Shown piece after piece: positions 35,252 through 44,520 of a stretch of 64,000 nucleotides of DNA. A program made the position numbers and the translations under genes. The notes under the pieces are model-generated. The model saw nothing but the letters and a program-made list of their open reading frames with translations, did no database searches and was not told the DNA's origin. Origin of the DNA: Polyangiaceae bacterium (lineage in GTDB: Bacteria > Myxococcota_A > Polyangia > Polyangiales > Polyangiaceae); the NCBI GenBank assembly GCA_044376115.1, contig JBILLK010000027.1:32001-96000 (forward strand). The letters run 5' to 3'. Positions within the stretch are counted from its first letter, which is position 1; the number at the start of each line of letters is the position of its first letter.

Positions 35252-38080
35252 ATGCGTACGTTTGCTGAGTTCATTACGCGAAAGAGCGTCGCGTTTGCGG
35301 TCATTCTTTGTGTGCTGGCCCTGTCGCTGTTCGGTGCCATCAACGCCAATCGGGTGCAGGAGGACGACGACATCCTCGCCTTCCTGCCCAAGACGAACCG
35401 GGACGTCGCTAGCTTCTATGACGTTGCCGGCCGCTTCGGCAGCTTGGACGTGGCGCTCGTTGGCATCGAGGCGGAGGACGCTCTGTCGCCAGAGTTCTTG
35501 GGTCGGCTGAAGGCGCTCACCAAGCAGCTCAATGAGACCGAGGGCGTCGAGAACGCTCTTTCACTCACCAGCGTCGAAGACTTCGTGGCCGATCGTGAAC
35601 GCGGTGGCATCACCGCCGACTACTTGGTGCGGGAGATCCCATCGTCGCCCGAACAAGCTGCGGCCTTACGTGAGAAGGTGCTCTCGCGCGACCATATCGT
35701 GGGCAACCTGGTATCGAGCGACGGTAGAGCGGTGATGATCTACGTCTTCGCCGCCCAAGGAACCGAGCCGCGAACCACCGCGCATCGCGTGCGAGCCGCC
35801 GTAGAAAAACACTTTCCGAGCGAGACCAAATACTGGCACGGCGCTCCCTTCGTCTCGACCTACATCTACGAGCTCACTCAGGAGGACTTGCGCAGGCTTG
35901 CTCCCTGGGCCTGCGCGGCGATCTCGCTGGTCGTCCTGCTCTCGTTCCGCGATCTCGTGGGCACGCTGTTGGCGCTGCTATCGACGGTGCTCGGTATTGT
36001 CCTGCCGCTCGGGATCATGGGCTTCTTCGGTATCCACTCGAACATCGTGCTCGGCTCAATGCCGGTGATCTTGTTCGGCTTGGGTAGCGCCTACGGCGTG
36101 CATCTGCTCACTCGCTTCTACGCCCTGGCAGCGGAGCGGCCGCGTCACGAGGCGTTGGTTGAGGCCCTGGTCGACGTGGGGCCAAGCATCATTGGTAGCG
36201 GCCTCACCACCTCGGTCGGCTTGCTCTCCTTCGTGATGATGGACATCCCGCCGATGCGGACCTTCGGCATCTTCACCGCGATCGGGCTGACGCTCTCGCT
36301 GATCTTGGCGATCGTCTTCATCCCAGCCGTGCTCGTGGTGCTCCCGCTCACAGGGAAGTCGTCGGCGCCTTTCCCTTGGCTCGGTCGCATGATGGCCACC
36401 GTTTCGGTCGGGGCGCGCCATCACAAGCCGCTTGGCTTTGCCGTCACCTTGGCGCTGGTCGCGCTGTCGGCTGTGTACGCATCGCGCGTGAGCTCGACGC
36501 TCGACACCACCGCCTTCTTCGACGAGGACAGCCCTCCTGCCCAGGCCGACGCCTTCATGCAGCGACACTTCGGAGGCTCGCAATTCATCCAGATCGAGGT
36601 GCGTGGGGACATGAATGACCCCGCGGTGCTGCGGGAGGTTCAACTCCTCTCCGACCGCATCGCGCTGATTCCCGACGTCAGCTCGGTTACCCATATCGGC
36701 GCTATCGTCGCCACCATCAACGAGGCGATGGACGACGTTCGGAGGATCCCGGACGCCGAGGACAAAGTTCGCACGCTCTTCTCATTCTTGGCGGGTAAGC
36801 GCGCGGTTTCGCAGACGGTCACCGACGATCGTGACGTGGCACTGATCACCATCAAGGTCGCGAAGAGTCGGGCCGAGGAGGTCGAACGAGTGCTGGCCGA
36901 CATCGTAGCGCTCACCAAGCAGGTCCCCGCGTCGATCACGCGCGTGGCGATCGATGGTTCGCAAGGCCCGAATCAAGAGGCTGCGCAGGCGCATCGCGCC
37001 GAGATCGTCGCGGCGCGTATCGTCGCGCTGGCCCGCCAACTGGGTGCACCGGTGGAGTCTCCGGAGCAACTTCATCGCGCGCTGCTCTCCGACCGCGGTC
37101 AGGCGCAGGCCGCCGCCGTTGAAGCGGAGATCGTCGCGTTCATGAAGACCGAGGCCTTCGATTCGCCGATCCCCAAAGGGGACGTCGCACTGGCCGCAGC
37201 CATCGCTAAAGGGGTTGCAGCGTTGGGCGCTCCGCCCTTCGAGGACAGCGCACGCAAAGTGTGGCGGGCCAAAGTGCCGGGCGTCGTGGCGGCGGCGCTC
37301 AACAAGGACGCGAGCGACCCGATGGTCGACGATACCGCGCTATCGCTCGAGCAAAACGTTGGTGAGATCTGGGTCCGTGAACGTGCACGGGCCGACTCCA
37401 AGCTCGTCGTCTCGGCCGCCGGCCTGGTGATCCCCGAAGGCCCACGCGGCGAACGGCTTCGCACCTTCATCGGTCATGCGCTGCTCGATTTGGACCTCGG
37501 CTTTTCCGCCGTCCCCGGGGAAGGCAAGCCCATGAGCCTGGTCGTTACCGGCTTGCCGGTGCTCTACCGCGGCCTCTCCGACAGCGTCTTCAACAACCAG
37601 TGGAACAGCCTTTGGTTTGCGTTGGTGCTGGTGGTCGGGTTGAAGGCCCTGCTGTTTCGATCGCTGACGACGGGCCTGCTCTCGAGCATCCCGACGCTGG
37701 TAACGCTCACCGTGGTGTACGGGGGAATGGGCGTGCTCGGCGTGCGTCTGGACATCGGCACATCCATGCTCGCGAGCCTGATCATCGGCGCCGGGGATGA
37801 CTACGCTGTGCAGTTCTTGTGGTCGTGGTTCGCTCCGAAGGGCGGTTCCCTCGATGATGCAGCCCGAGTAGCGGCGATTGAAAACGGCGCTGGCATCTGG
37901 ACCAACGCGCTGATGGTGGCGATTGGCTTCTTCGTCCTCACCTTGGGAGACGCCCGTCCGCTCCAGAACGTTGGCGGGCTTACAGCAGCCGCCATGTTGG
38001 CGGCCGCGGTGGCAACCTTCCTGATCACGCCGCTTTTGGCACGACGTCGCTACTACGCCCCAACGCACTCCGACTCGTAG
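35252..38080 (+). CDS. MMPL/RND family transporter
   Basis: 2x(1+5) TM topology with two periplasmic domains; GLGSAYGVH, GAGDDYA, FGGS. Confidence 0.9.
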   Translation: MRTFAEFITRKSVAFAVILCVLALSLFGAINANRVQEDDDILAFLPKTNRDVASFYDVAGRFGSLDVALVGIEAEDALSPEFLGRLKALTKQLNETEGVENALSLTSVEDFVADRERGGITADYLVREIPSSPEQAAALREKVLSRDHIVGNLVSSDGRAVMIYVFAAQGTEPRTTAHRVRAAVEKHFPSETKYWHGAPFVSTYIYELTQEDLRRLAPWACAAISLVVLLSFRDLVGTLLALLSTVLGIVLPLGIMGFFGIHSNIVLGSMPVILFGLGSAYGVHLLTRFYALAAERPRHEALVEALVDVGPSIIGSGLTTSVGLLSFVMMDIPPMRTFGIFTAIGLTLSLILAIVFIPAVLVVLPLTGKSSAPFPWLGRMMATVSVGARHHKPLGFAVTLALVALSAVYASRVSSTLDTTAFFDEDSPPAQADAFMQRHFGGSQFIQIEVRGDMNDPAVLREVQLLSDRIALIPDVSSVTHIGAIVATINEAMDDVRRIPDAEDKVRTLFSFLAGKRAVSQTVTDDRDVALITIKVAKSRAEEVERVLADIVALTKQVPASITRVAIDGSQGPNQEAAQAHRAEIVAARIVALARQLGAPVESPEQLHRALLSDRGQAQAAAVEAEIVAFMKTEAFDSPIPKGDVALAAAIAKGVAALGAPPFEDSARKVWRAKVPGVVAAALNKDASDPMVDDTALSLEQNVGEIWVRERARADSKLVVSAAGLVIPEGPRGERLRTFIGHALLDLDLGFSAVPGEGKPMSLVVTGLPVLYRGLSDSVFNNQWNSLWFALVLVVGLKALLFRSLTTGLLSSIPTLVTLTVVYGGMGVLGVRLDIGTSMLASLIIGAGDDYAVQFLWSWFAPKGGSLDDAARVAAIENGAGIWTNALMVAIGFFVLTLGDARPLQNVGGLTAAAMLAAAVATFLITPLLARRRYYAPTHSDS

Positions 38081-38105
38081 CGCACACTTCTTAAGGTCCG
38101 CGCGG

Positions 38106-38148
38106 TTGACGAAGGGCAGCTTGTCCACTATCTGTACAAGGTATTACA
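38106..38148 (+). promoter_or_regulatory. Putative ribA promoter with overlapping dyad operator
   Basis: TTGACG-N17-TATCTG, and TGTA-N8-TACA at 38133-38148. Confidence 0.4.
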
Positions 38149-38176
38149 AACCCTGTGCACTAGCCCGGAGCTGACT

Positions 38177-38818
38177 ATGTCGACCGCCATGCCACTTCAG
38201 CCAACCTTCCCAGACCACTCCGACGTGCGTGTGGAGATCGCCAGCGTGGCCGAGCTGCCTTCCGAGTTTGGCAACTTTCGTGTCTATGTTTTCTCGAACA
38301 ATCGCGACTCAAAAGAGCATCTGGCGATGGTGCACGGGGAGGTCTTCGGGGCCCATGACCTGGTAACCCGCGTCCATTCCGAGTGCCTTACCGGTGACGT
38401 GCTCGGTTCGCTCCGATGTGATTGTCGTCCGCAGCTTGAACGAGCTTTGACAAAGGTTGGACAGATGCCGCGCGGCATCGTCTTGTACATGCGCCAAGAG
38501 GGTCGCGGCATCGGCCTAACCAACAAGATCCGCGCTTACGGCTTGCAGGAACGCGGCATGGATACGGTGGAGGCCAACCTCGCGCTTGGCTTCAAAGATG
38601 ACGAGCGGGACTACACGGTGGCCGCCGCCATGTTGCGGACCCTTGGTGTGCGCAGCATCGCGCTGATGACCAACAACCCGGACAAGGTAAACAAGCTGAG
38701 CTCGTCGGGCATTCAGGTCAGCAGCCGCATTCCTCACGTGATCGGGTCGAACCCGCACAATCACAAGTACCTGTCGACCAAGGCCAGCAAGTCGGGCCAC
38801 CTCATGAGCGAGTCCTAG
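38177..38818 (+). CDS. ribA: GTP cyclohydrolase II
   Basis: RVHSECLTGD, RCDC, QEGRGIGL.NK, D.RDY, MTNNPDK. Confidence 0.96.
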   Translation: MSTAMPLQPTFPDHSDVRVEIASVAELPSEFGNFRVYVFSNNRDSKEHLAMVHGEVFGAHDLVTRVHSECLTGDVLGSLRCDCRPQLERALTKVGQMPRGIVLYMRQEGRGIGLTNKIRAYGLQERGMDTVEANLALGFKDDERDYTVAAAMLRTLGVRSIALMTNNPDKVNKLSSSGIQVSSRIPHVIGSNPHNHKYLSTKASKSGHLMSES

Positions 38819-38860
38819 TCGCGCCGCGTCGCGCGCCAAAAGTCGGTAGAGTGCGCGCTC

Positions 38861-39766
38861 GTGAGCGCTTTATCGGTAGACCAGAAACTCCGCTTGCGGA
38901 GCTTGTACGAGGAGCATCGCGCGGTTGGCGGTGCTCGCTCACCGCTAGCGTCGGTGGCGCGCCTGCAGTCCCTGGTGCTACCGGCGCTCGACTTTACGTT
39001 CCGTGCCTTCGCCGGGAGATCGGTCGAAGGCCCGCTGGTCTTGGGGCTCTCGGGTCCGCAAGGCTGCGGCAAGTCGACGCTCGCTGCCGACCTCGTGGCT
39101 GGCTTCGGCTGGTTGGGTTTGCGAGCGACGTGCTTCTCTGTGGATGACGTCTATCTCCGTCGCGACGAGCAAGTGGCGCTCGCCGAGCGCTTTCCCGGCG
39201 CGGCGATCTTCGCCGATCGCGGCTTCCCGGGAACGCACGACGTCGAACTCGGATGTCGCGTACTCGACGGTCTGTCGACGGTCGAGCCCGGTCAATTCGT
39301 CCGCGTGCCCAGCTACGACAAGAGCGCCTTTGGTGGGCGCGGAGATCGTAAACCGCACGTCGAATGGCCGGAGATCGCGTGTCCCCTCGATCTCGTGGTG
39401 TTTGAGGGCTGGATGCTTGGCTTCACCCCCGCTGCGGAACCGTCCGACCCAGCACTCGCGCAGGCCAACGAGTTTCTGCGTCGATACGAGGTTTGGCACG
39501 AGCGGCTCGGAGCGTTCTTGCATCTCGACGCAGCGGAACCGCACTTCGTCGTGAGTTGGCGCGTTGAGGCCGAGCGTCGTCGTCGAGAAAGCGGAGCGCC
39601 TGGGCTCAGCGACGCCGAAGCAGAGGACTACGTTCGTCGATTTTTGCCTGGCTACGCTCTCTGGGGTCCAGCGCTCCGCGAGCGCGCGCCGGTGCAACCT
39701 TCGCTGCGCCTGGTCATGGGCCCCGATCGATTGCCCTATGAGCAGGGCTCTCCGTTGGCTGTGTAA
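38861..39766 (+). CDS. P-loop kinase, D-glycerate 3-kinase (GLYK/Tda10)-like
   Basis: GPQGCGKST, SVDDVYL, RGFPGTHD, YDKSAFGGRGDR, FEGWMLGF. Confidence 0.85.
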   Translation: MSALSVDQKLRLRSLYEEHRAVGGARSPLASVARLQSLVLPALDFTFRAFAGRSVEGPLVLGLSGPQGCGKSTLAADLVAGFGWLGLRATCFSVDDVYLRRDEQVALAERFPGAAIFADRGFPGTHDVELGCRVLDGLSTVEPGQFVRVPSYDKSAFGGRGDRKPHVEWPEIACPLDLVVFEGWMLGFTPAAEPSDPALAQANEFLRRYEVWHERLGAFLHLDAAEPHFVVSWRVEAERRRRESGAPGLSDAEAEDYVRRFLPGYALWGPALRERAPVQPSLRLVMGPDRLPYEQGSPLAV

Positions 39767-39991
39767 TGCGTTACGCGCTAGCGCCATCAAAGTTCCTTTG
39801 CATCGACTCGCGCCTGCGGCCGTCCAAACGCAAACCCCGCTTGGCCGGGGCTTTGGATCGACAGCTACTTGTTAGAGCAGCGGTGCAGTCGGTATCGTGG
39901 CGTGTTGAGCCGTTCAATCCCCACTATGTTTGACGGAGTCAGCAACAACTCGTCCGCACACGGCGGACCTTCTTCCACCCCAAGAGGGCTT

Positions 39992-40768
39992 ATGAAGCGG
40001 TCTTTCTGGTCTCGTTCATTGTTGAAGGCAGTTGTGACTTTGGGTCTCGCCCTTGGTGCCTCAATGGTTTCACCGGTCGCCAACGCGGACGAGAAGGGTG
40101 ACAAGGCAATCGCTGCGGTTGACGGCGCCGTCTACAAGGCGAAGACACAGTTCCTCGAGTACGAAGCCACCATCAAGGTGCCCGAGAAAGAGGACAAGAA
40201 GCTCAGCCTCGGCGTCTACATGAAGGACGACAAGCGCTTCACTGAGTTCCTCGCTCCCAGCGACGTAAAGGGAACCAAGGTGCTGATCCTCAGCCCGACC
40301 CAAATGTACGTTTATCTGCCGGCCTTCAAAAAAGTCCGTCGCATCGCCAGTCACGTGACGGATCAAGGCTTCATGGGCATGAACTTCGCCCAGGACGAGA
40401 TGTCGATCACTGGCTACGCCAAGATGTACACCGGCGAGGTCACCTCCGAGGACGACAAGACGCGCAAGATCACGATGACCCAAAAAGCCGACACCGGCGC
40501 GCCCTACGCCAAAGTGGAGATGACGGTGGAGAAGGCTCGCAACCTCCCGACCGAGCTCAAGTACTACTCAGAATCCGGCACTCACGTAAAAACTGAGACG
40601 CGCTCGAACTACACCTGTGAGAAGGAGTTCTGCGCGCCGGTGACCCTCACGATGGTCGATCACACGAAGAGCGGTGCCTCGACCACGCTGACGCGTAAGA
40701 AGTGGAAGGTGAATCTCGATATTCCGGATTCACGCTTCTCCAAGCGAGCCCTCGAAGAAGGCACCTGA
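39992..40768 (+). CDS. Periplasmic LolA-like (outer-membrane lipoprotein-sorting family) protein
   Basis: Signal peptide ANA|D; F.AP.DVKGTK.L, YLPAFKKVRRI, FMGMNF, DIPDS.FS.R.L. Confidence 0.85.
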   Translation: MKRSFWSRSLLKAVVTLGLALGASMVSPVANADEKGDKAIAAVDGAVYKAKTQFLEYEATIKVPEKEDKKLSLGVYMKDDKRFTEFLAPSDVKGTKVLILSPTQMYVYLPAFKKVRRIASHVTDQGFMGMNFAQDEMSITGYAKMYTGEVTSEDDKTRKITMTQKADTGAPYAKVEMTVEKARNLPTELKYYSESGTHVKTETRSNYTCEKEFCAPVTLTMVDHTKSGASTTLTRKKWKVNLDIPDSRFSKRALEEGT

Positions 40769-40827
40769 GCTCGCCGTACAGCTAGAAATTTCGGTCTGCG
40801 TAAGCCAGTTGCTACCGTCCCGCTCCA

Positions 40828-42729
40828 ATGCGGCGCACGTGCACCTGGCTTATCGCTTTTTGTGTCTTTGGTTCGGCTAGCACGGCGTGGGCGGATGAGC
40901 CTTACGACAGCCCCGCCGACTCGCCGGCGACTCCAGCTCCGGCGTCTCCAGCCGCCCCAGCCGCGGAACCGACGGTAGCGCCCGCAGCGAGCCCGGTAAC
41001 CGAGCCGATTCCGGAGCCAGTCATCGCCGAAGGAGAGAGCATCTTCTCGGAGGACACCTCCAGCTCAGGGCCGGTCTGGGAGAAGGTGATCCGCATCGAG
41101 AGCGACTTTCGCCTGCGGCTCGGTGACATCGGCTTCGACAACAAGTTCGTCGATCAAACGTTGGTCGCCGGGGCCGAGCGAAACCAGAACATCCTCTCGA
41201 CCAAGTTGAGCGTGGCTTGGGACAGCTTTCGCGCTGTATCGCAGATCGATCTCGTGCTGTTCGGCTACCAGAGTCAGATCTCTTCGATTGAGGCGCTGAG
41301 TGAGGCAGAGGAGCTTCAGCCGTACCGCATCGACATCAACGAGCTGTACGTGCAGATGAAGGACCTGTTGGTGAAGGGGTTCGACTTTCGCGTTGGCCAG
41401 CAGATCGTGCAATGGGGCGTCGCCGATCAGTTCAACCCGACGAACAATCTGAACCCCGACGACCTGGTGGACCCGCTGCTCTTTGGCAAGCAACAGGGCA
41501 ACTTCATGGTGCGCGGTGACTTCTGGGTCACCAGCAATTTTAGCCTCCAGGGCGTGCTCGTTCCGTTGTTCAAGCCGGCTCGTATACCGACCAGCGGCGC
41601 GCTCGGTGTGTCGGCCATCGATCGGCTGCCCTTCATTGACGAGAAGCTCCGCTACCGCGTCGGCACCGAACGTGCGGCTGCGCTCCGGCTGGCCAACAGC
41701 CCCACCTTGGTCGACAAGATCGTCATCGACCAGCCGTCGCCCGGCTTCGACAATATGCAGGCCGGCTTCCGCATGGCCGGCACCCTAGCCGAGCAGGATT
41801 GGTCGCTCTCCTATTACAACGGCCGAACCGACTTCCCGCAGCCGCTCTCGAACCATACCCGTCAATCGACTACGCCGGTGTGCCACCCGGAGACCGGTGA
41901 GTGCTCGGATGGGGCGCTGCTCACCGATGTCGTGCTGCACTACCCGAAGATGCACGTTTACGGTTTGAACCTCACCGGAGAACTCAATCCGTTCAAGGCG
42001 ATCGATTCGGATATCGCAGGGATTGGCTACCGCATCGAGGCGGCCTTCACCGTGCCCCAGGAAGCGCGGATGAAGGTCACCGCCGATGAGATCAACATCG
42101 CTGGCTTCACTCTGCCCGCCGGCGAATACGACTACGATGCCGACGGCAGACCCGGCGGCAAGCAGCCGCTCGTTCAATCGAGCGACCCGTTCTTCAAATG
42201 GACGGTTGGCCTCGACTACACCTTTGGCAAGGTCCTTTACGTCAATGCGATGTGGGCTCACGGCCTAGCCGATGAGTATGGTGCTGGTGACTTCATGTAC
42301 GGGACGAAGGCCGTTCGTGAATCCGGTACCGTCGATGACAATGGTGCAGTCGTCTTATGCGCCCTCGCGCAGGACGGTAGTGAGTGCGCCAACGAGATCT
42401 TGCGTCCGCGTCTTGGTGACTTCCTGATCCTCGGCTTCGACGTGAAGTTCCTCGACGATCAGCTGCTCGCGCGCTTGTTTACCCTGCTCGAAATGTCTGG
42501 TTACGAGAAGTCGACGGTCGTCGACGGTAAGCGAGTCGTGGAAGCCTTGCCGTTCTACACGCCTGAAGGCTTCTCAATGTCGATCTTCCCCGAGGTTAAC
42601 TACAACTTCGGTAACGGCCTCGAGCTCGGAGTTGGCGCCCTGTTCAACCTCGGCAAGAGCTACACCAAGTTTGGTGACCCGGCCGCCGGTGGCTCTATAT
42701 CCTTCTTGCGCGCGCGCTATACGCTGTAG
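40828..42729 (+). CDS. Outer-membrane beta-barrel protein (DUF1302-like)
   Basis: Signal peptide AWA|D; ELYV, RVGQQIVQWG.AD.FNP, C-terminal beta-signal LRARYTL. Confidence 0.8.
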   Translation: MRRTCTWLIAFCVFGSASTAWADEPYDSPADSPATPAPASPAAPAAEPTVAPAASPVTEPIPEPVIAEGESIFSEDTSSSGPVWEKVIRIESDFRLRLGDIGFDNKFVDQTLVAGAERNQNILSTKLSVAWDSFRAVSQIDLVLFGYQSQISSIEALSEAEELQPYRIDINELYVQMKDLLVKGFDFRVGQQIVQWGVADQFNPTNNLNPDDLVDPLLFGKQQGNFMVRGDFWVTSNFSLQGVLVPLFKPARIPTSGALGVSAIDRLPFIDEKLRYRVGTERAAALRLANSPTLVDKIVIDQPSPGFDNMQAGFRMAGTLAEQDWSLSYYNGRTDFPQPLSNHTRQSTTPVCHPETGECSDGALLTDVVLHYPKMHVYGLNLTGELNPFKAIDSDIAGIGYRIEAAFTVPQEARMKVTADEINIAGFTLPAGEYDYDADGRPGGKQPLVQSSDPFFKWTVGLDYTFGKVLYVNAMWAHGLADEYGAGDFMYGTKAVRESGTVDDNGAVVLCALAQDGSECANEILRPRLGDFLILGFDVKFLDDQLLARLFTLLEMSGYEKSTVVDGKRVVEALPFYTPEGFSMSIFPEVNYNFGNGLELGVGALFNLGKSYTKFGDPAAGGSISFLRARYTL

Positions 42730-42736
42730 CTGCGAC

Positions 42737-44083
42737 TCAGTCCTCAGCTTCAATCACGAACGTACGCTCGCTGGTGGGGGCGTCGTTCGGGATCTGCGAC
42801 AGGTACTGAAACAGCAGCGAGGTCGTACCGTTCTCTTGGATGAGGCGACCCACCCCACGCGACGTTGTCGGTGAGCTGCTCTGCGTAATGACCTGGCCGT
42901 TGAGGGTCACCTCGAAGGTCGAGCTCGGGAAGTTCGTCACGCGAAAGCCCGGTTCAAAGTGCGCATCCGGCTTGAGCTGCACAGTGATGGGGAGGGCCTG
43001 CTGGTTCCCTTGCTCCACCGCAATCAGGTTCTCCGCGTTGATCGGCGAGCGGTTGAGGCCCTGGCTCATCCCAGCTGCTGTATCGTATTGACCGGTGGAA
43101 TTGCGGGTTGCCGCGTCGGCACGCTCGCCCAGCTCGGTCATCAGCGGGTCATGACAATAGCTCTCAAGGACTGCGAATGTAGAAATCAGGTCGTCGCCGA
43201 CAACCTCACCATCGTTCCAATAACAATCAGAAGCCGGAACAATCGAAGCTCGCGGCTCCCCCGTCAAGTTGACCGCCAGTAGTTGACTCGAGCCTGGTTG
43301 CTCACTGGAGCGCTGAAACGCACAGGCCTTGTTGGACCCCAGCCCTTGAATGTAGTCGAGTTGAGAATTTACTGCAGTATGGTTCATACGCAGCTCGAAC
43401 AGGTTAAGGTTGGGCCCGTTGCCCTTTGAAAGCAGCGACTGTACGGCGATGCGGCCGCTCGCCCAGAAGGTATAATTGACTATCCCCACGTTGTTTTGCG
43501 AGGTTTGGTAGTCGGTTTCGATCAACACGCGAACTGGCGATTGATCTGTCACCTTGAGCGAAGGGTCGGTGCCCGATTCAGCTCCGCTGCGCGCTCCGCC
43601 AGCCGTTCTTCGCAAAACGAAGGCATCGAACAATAGCTCGTTTGGTTGGGGGTCTCCTGTCGGGACGCTCGAGAGGTCGGTCAATGGATCGGCTGAACCA
43701 GCCGGCGAGAGATCACGAAAGCGATCGATCTGCCAGTTGGTGGCTTGATTGAATCGAAAGTCGAAACAACCCTCACGCCCGATCTCGAGCGCGGATGCGC
43801 CTTGGTCGAAGATGAGGGGACCCTGAAGGCCGCCGCCGCTTCCGCCGCCACCACCGGTATTGGCTCCACCGGCGCTCGTACCTCCAAGCCCTGACCCACC
43901 CGCTTCTGTGCCACCGCCAGAGGTTGCGCCGCCCGTCGTTTGCCCGCCGCTTCCCCCCGAATTACCCGTCGCCCCGCTTCCGTCGACGAACTCGATTCCC
44001 ACGCAGCTCGTGAGGCACAGCACGGCCAAGCCACGAATGTTGAGGCCCACCGCTTCCATCGACTTGGCCCGACTTCCCCTCAT
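42737..44083 (-). CDS. Putative lipoprotein with Gly-rich linker and beta-rich domain
   Basis: LTS|C lipobox, GGxGG tract; more AT-rich codon use than neighbours. Confidence 0.7.
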   Translation of the reverse strand: MRGSRAKSMEAVGLNIRGLAVLCLTSCVGIEFVDGSGATGNSGGSGGQTTGGATSGGGTEAGGSGLGGTSAGGANTGGGGGSGGGLQGPLIFDQGASALEIGREGCFDFRFNQATNWQIDRFRDLSPAGSADPLTDLSSVPTGDPQPNELLFDAFVLRRTAGGARSGAESGTDPSLKVTDQSPVRVLIETDYQTSQNNVGIVNYTFWASGRIAVQSLLSKGNGPNLNLFELRMNHTAVNSQLDYIQGLGSNKACAFQRSSEQPGSSQLLAVNLTGEPRASIVPASDCYWNDGEVVGDDLISTFAVLESYCHDPLMTELGERADAATRNSTGQYDTAAGMSQGLNRSPINAENLIAVEQGNQQALPITVQLKPDAHFEPGFRVTNFPSSTFEVTLNGQVITQSSSPTTSRGVGRLIQENGTTSLLFQYLSQIPNDAPTSERTFVIEAED

Positions 44084-44089
44084 TGCTCC

Positions 44090-44167
44090 ATGCTACCCAA
44101 CTTGGTCCCAGCGCGGCAGCTCTGGTGAGCGCTACGCGCTGCAGGCGGATGCCCAGGCTGCTAGGCT
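44090..44167. promoter_or_regulatory. Back-to-back -10 boxes, each 6 nt before a start codon (leaderless type)
   Basis: Minus strand: TAGCAT(44095-44090)-N6-ATG(44083). Plus strand: TGc-TAGGCT(44162-44167)-N6-GTG(44174). Confidence 0.5.
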
Positions 44168-44173
44168 GCCAAC

Positions 44174-44518
44174 GTGGCCAATCCCCTGTTTCACTACGGC
44201 GCTCCGGTTATTTCGTTTGGCTGCATCGCGCTGCTCGTCGGTCGCGCGGTCGCCTACGGCTGCGGGGGAGACGCCGGAGCCATTGGTGAACCTACCGTCC
44301 TCCCGCCGAACTCTAGCAACGCGGTTGTTGAGCCTAGCGCCGCTCTACCATCCGCCAGCGCCGCTCTACCATCCGCCAGCGCCGCTCTACCATCCGCCAG
44401 TGCCGCTCTGAGCGTCGAGCATCTCAACGTAGAAGAATGGGGCGGGATGTCGAAGTCAGGTCGAATGCTGACTCCACGCCCACGCCCGTCCACTAAAAAC
44501 GCTCCGTCTAGTAAGTAA
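44174..44518 (+). CDS. Small secreted or membrane-anchored protein with (SAALPSA)n repeat
   Basis: Hydrophobic N-terminus ending AYGC; stop 2 nt before the desaturase ATG. Confidence 0.6.
   Translation: MANPLFHYGAPVISFGCIALLVGRAVAYGCGGDAGAIGEPTVLPPNSSNAVVEPSAALPSASAALPSASAALPSASAALSVEHLNVEEWGGMSKSGRMLTPRPRPSTKNAPSSK
44336..44409 (+). repeat. 21-bp tandem repeat, 3.5 copies
   Basis: AGCGCCGCTCTACCATCCGCC identical at 44336, 44357 and 44378, plus partial AGTGCCGCTCT. Confidence 0.95.
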
Positions 44519-44520
44519 GC

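Noticed and set aside
44336..44409. CRISPR-like repeats
   Set aside because: Directly abutting 21-mers with no spacers, in frame within an ORF, and no cas genes.
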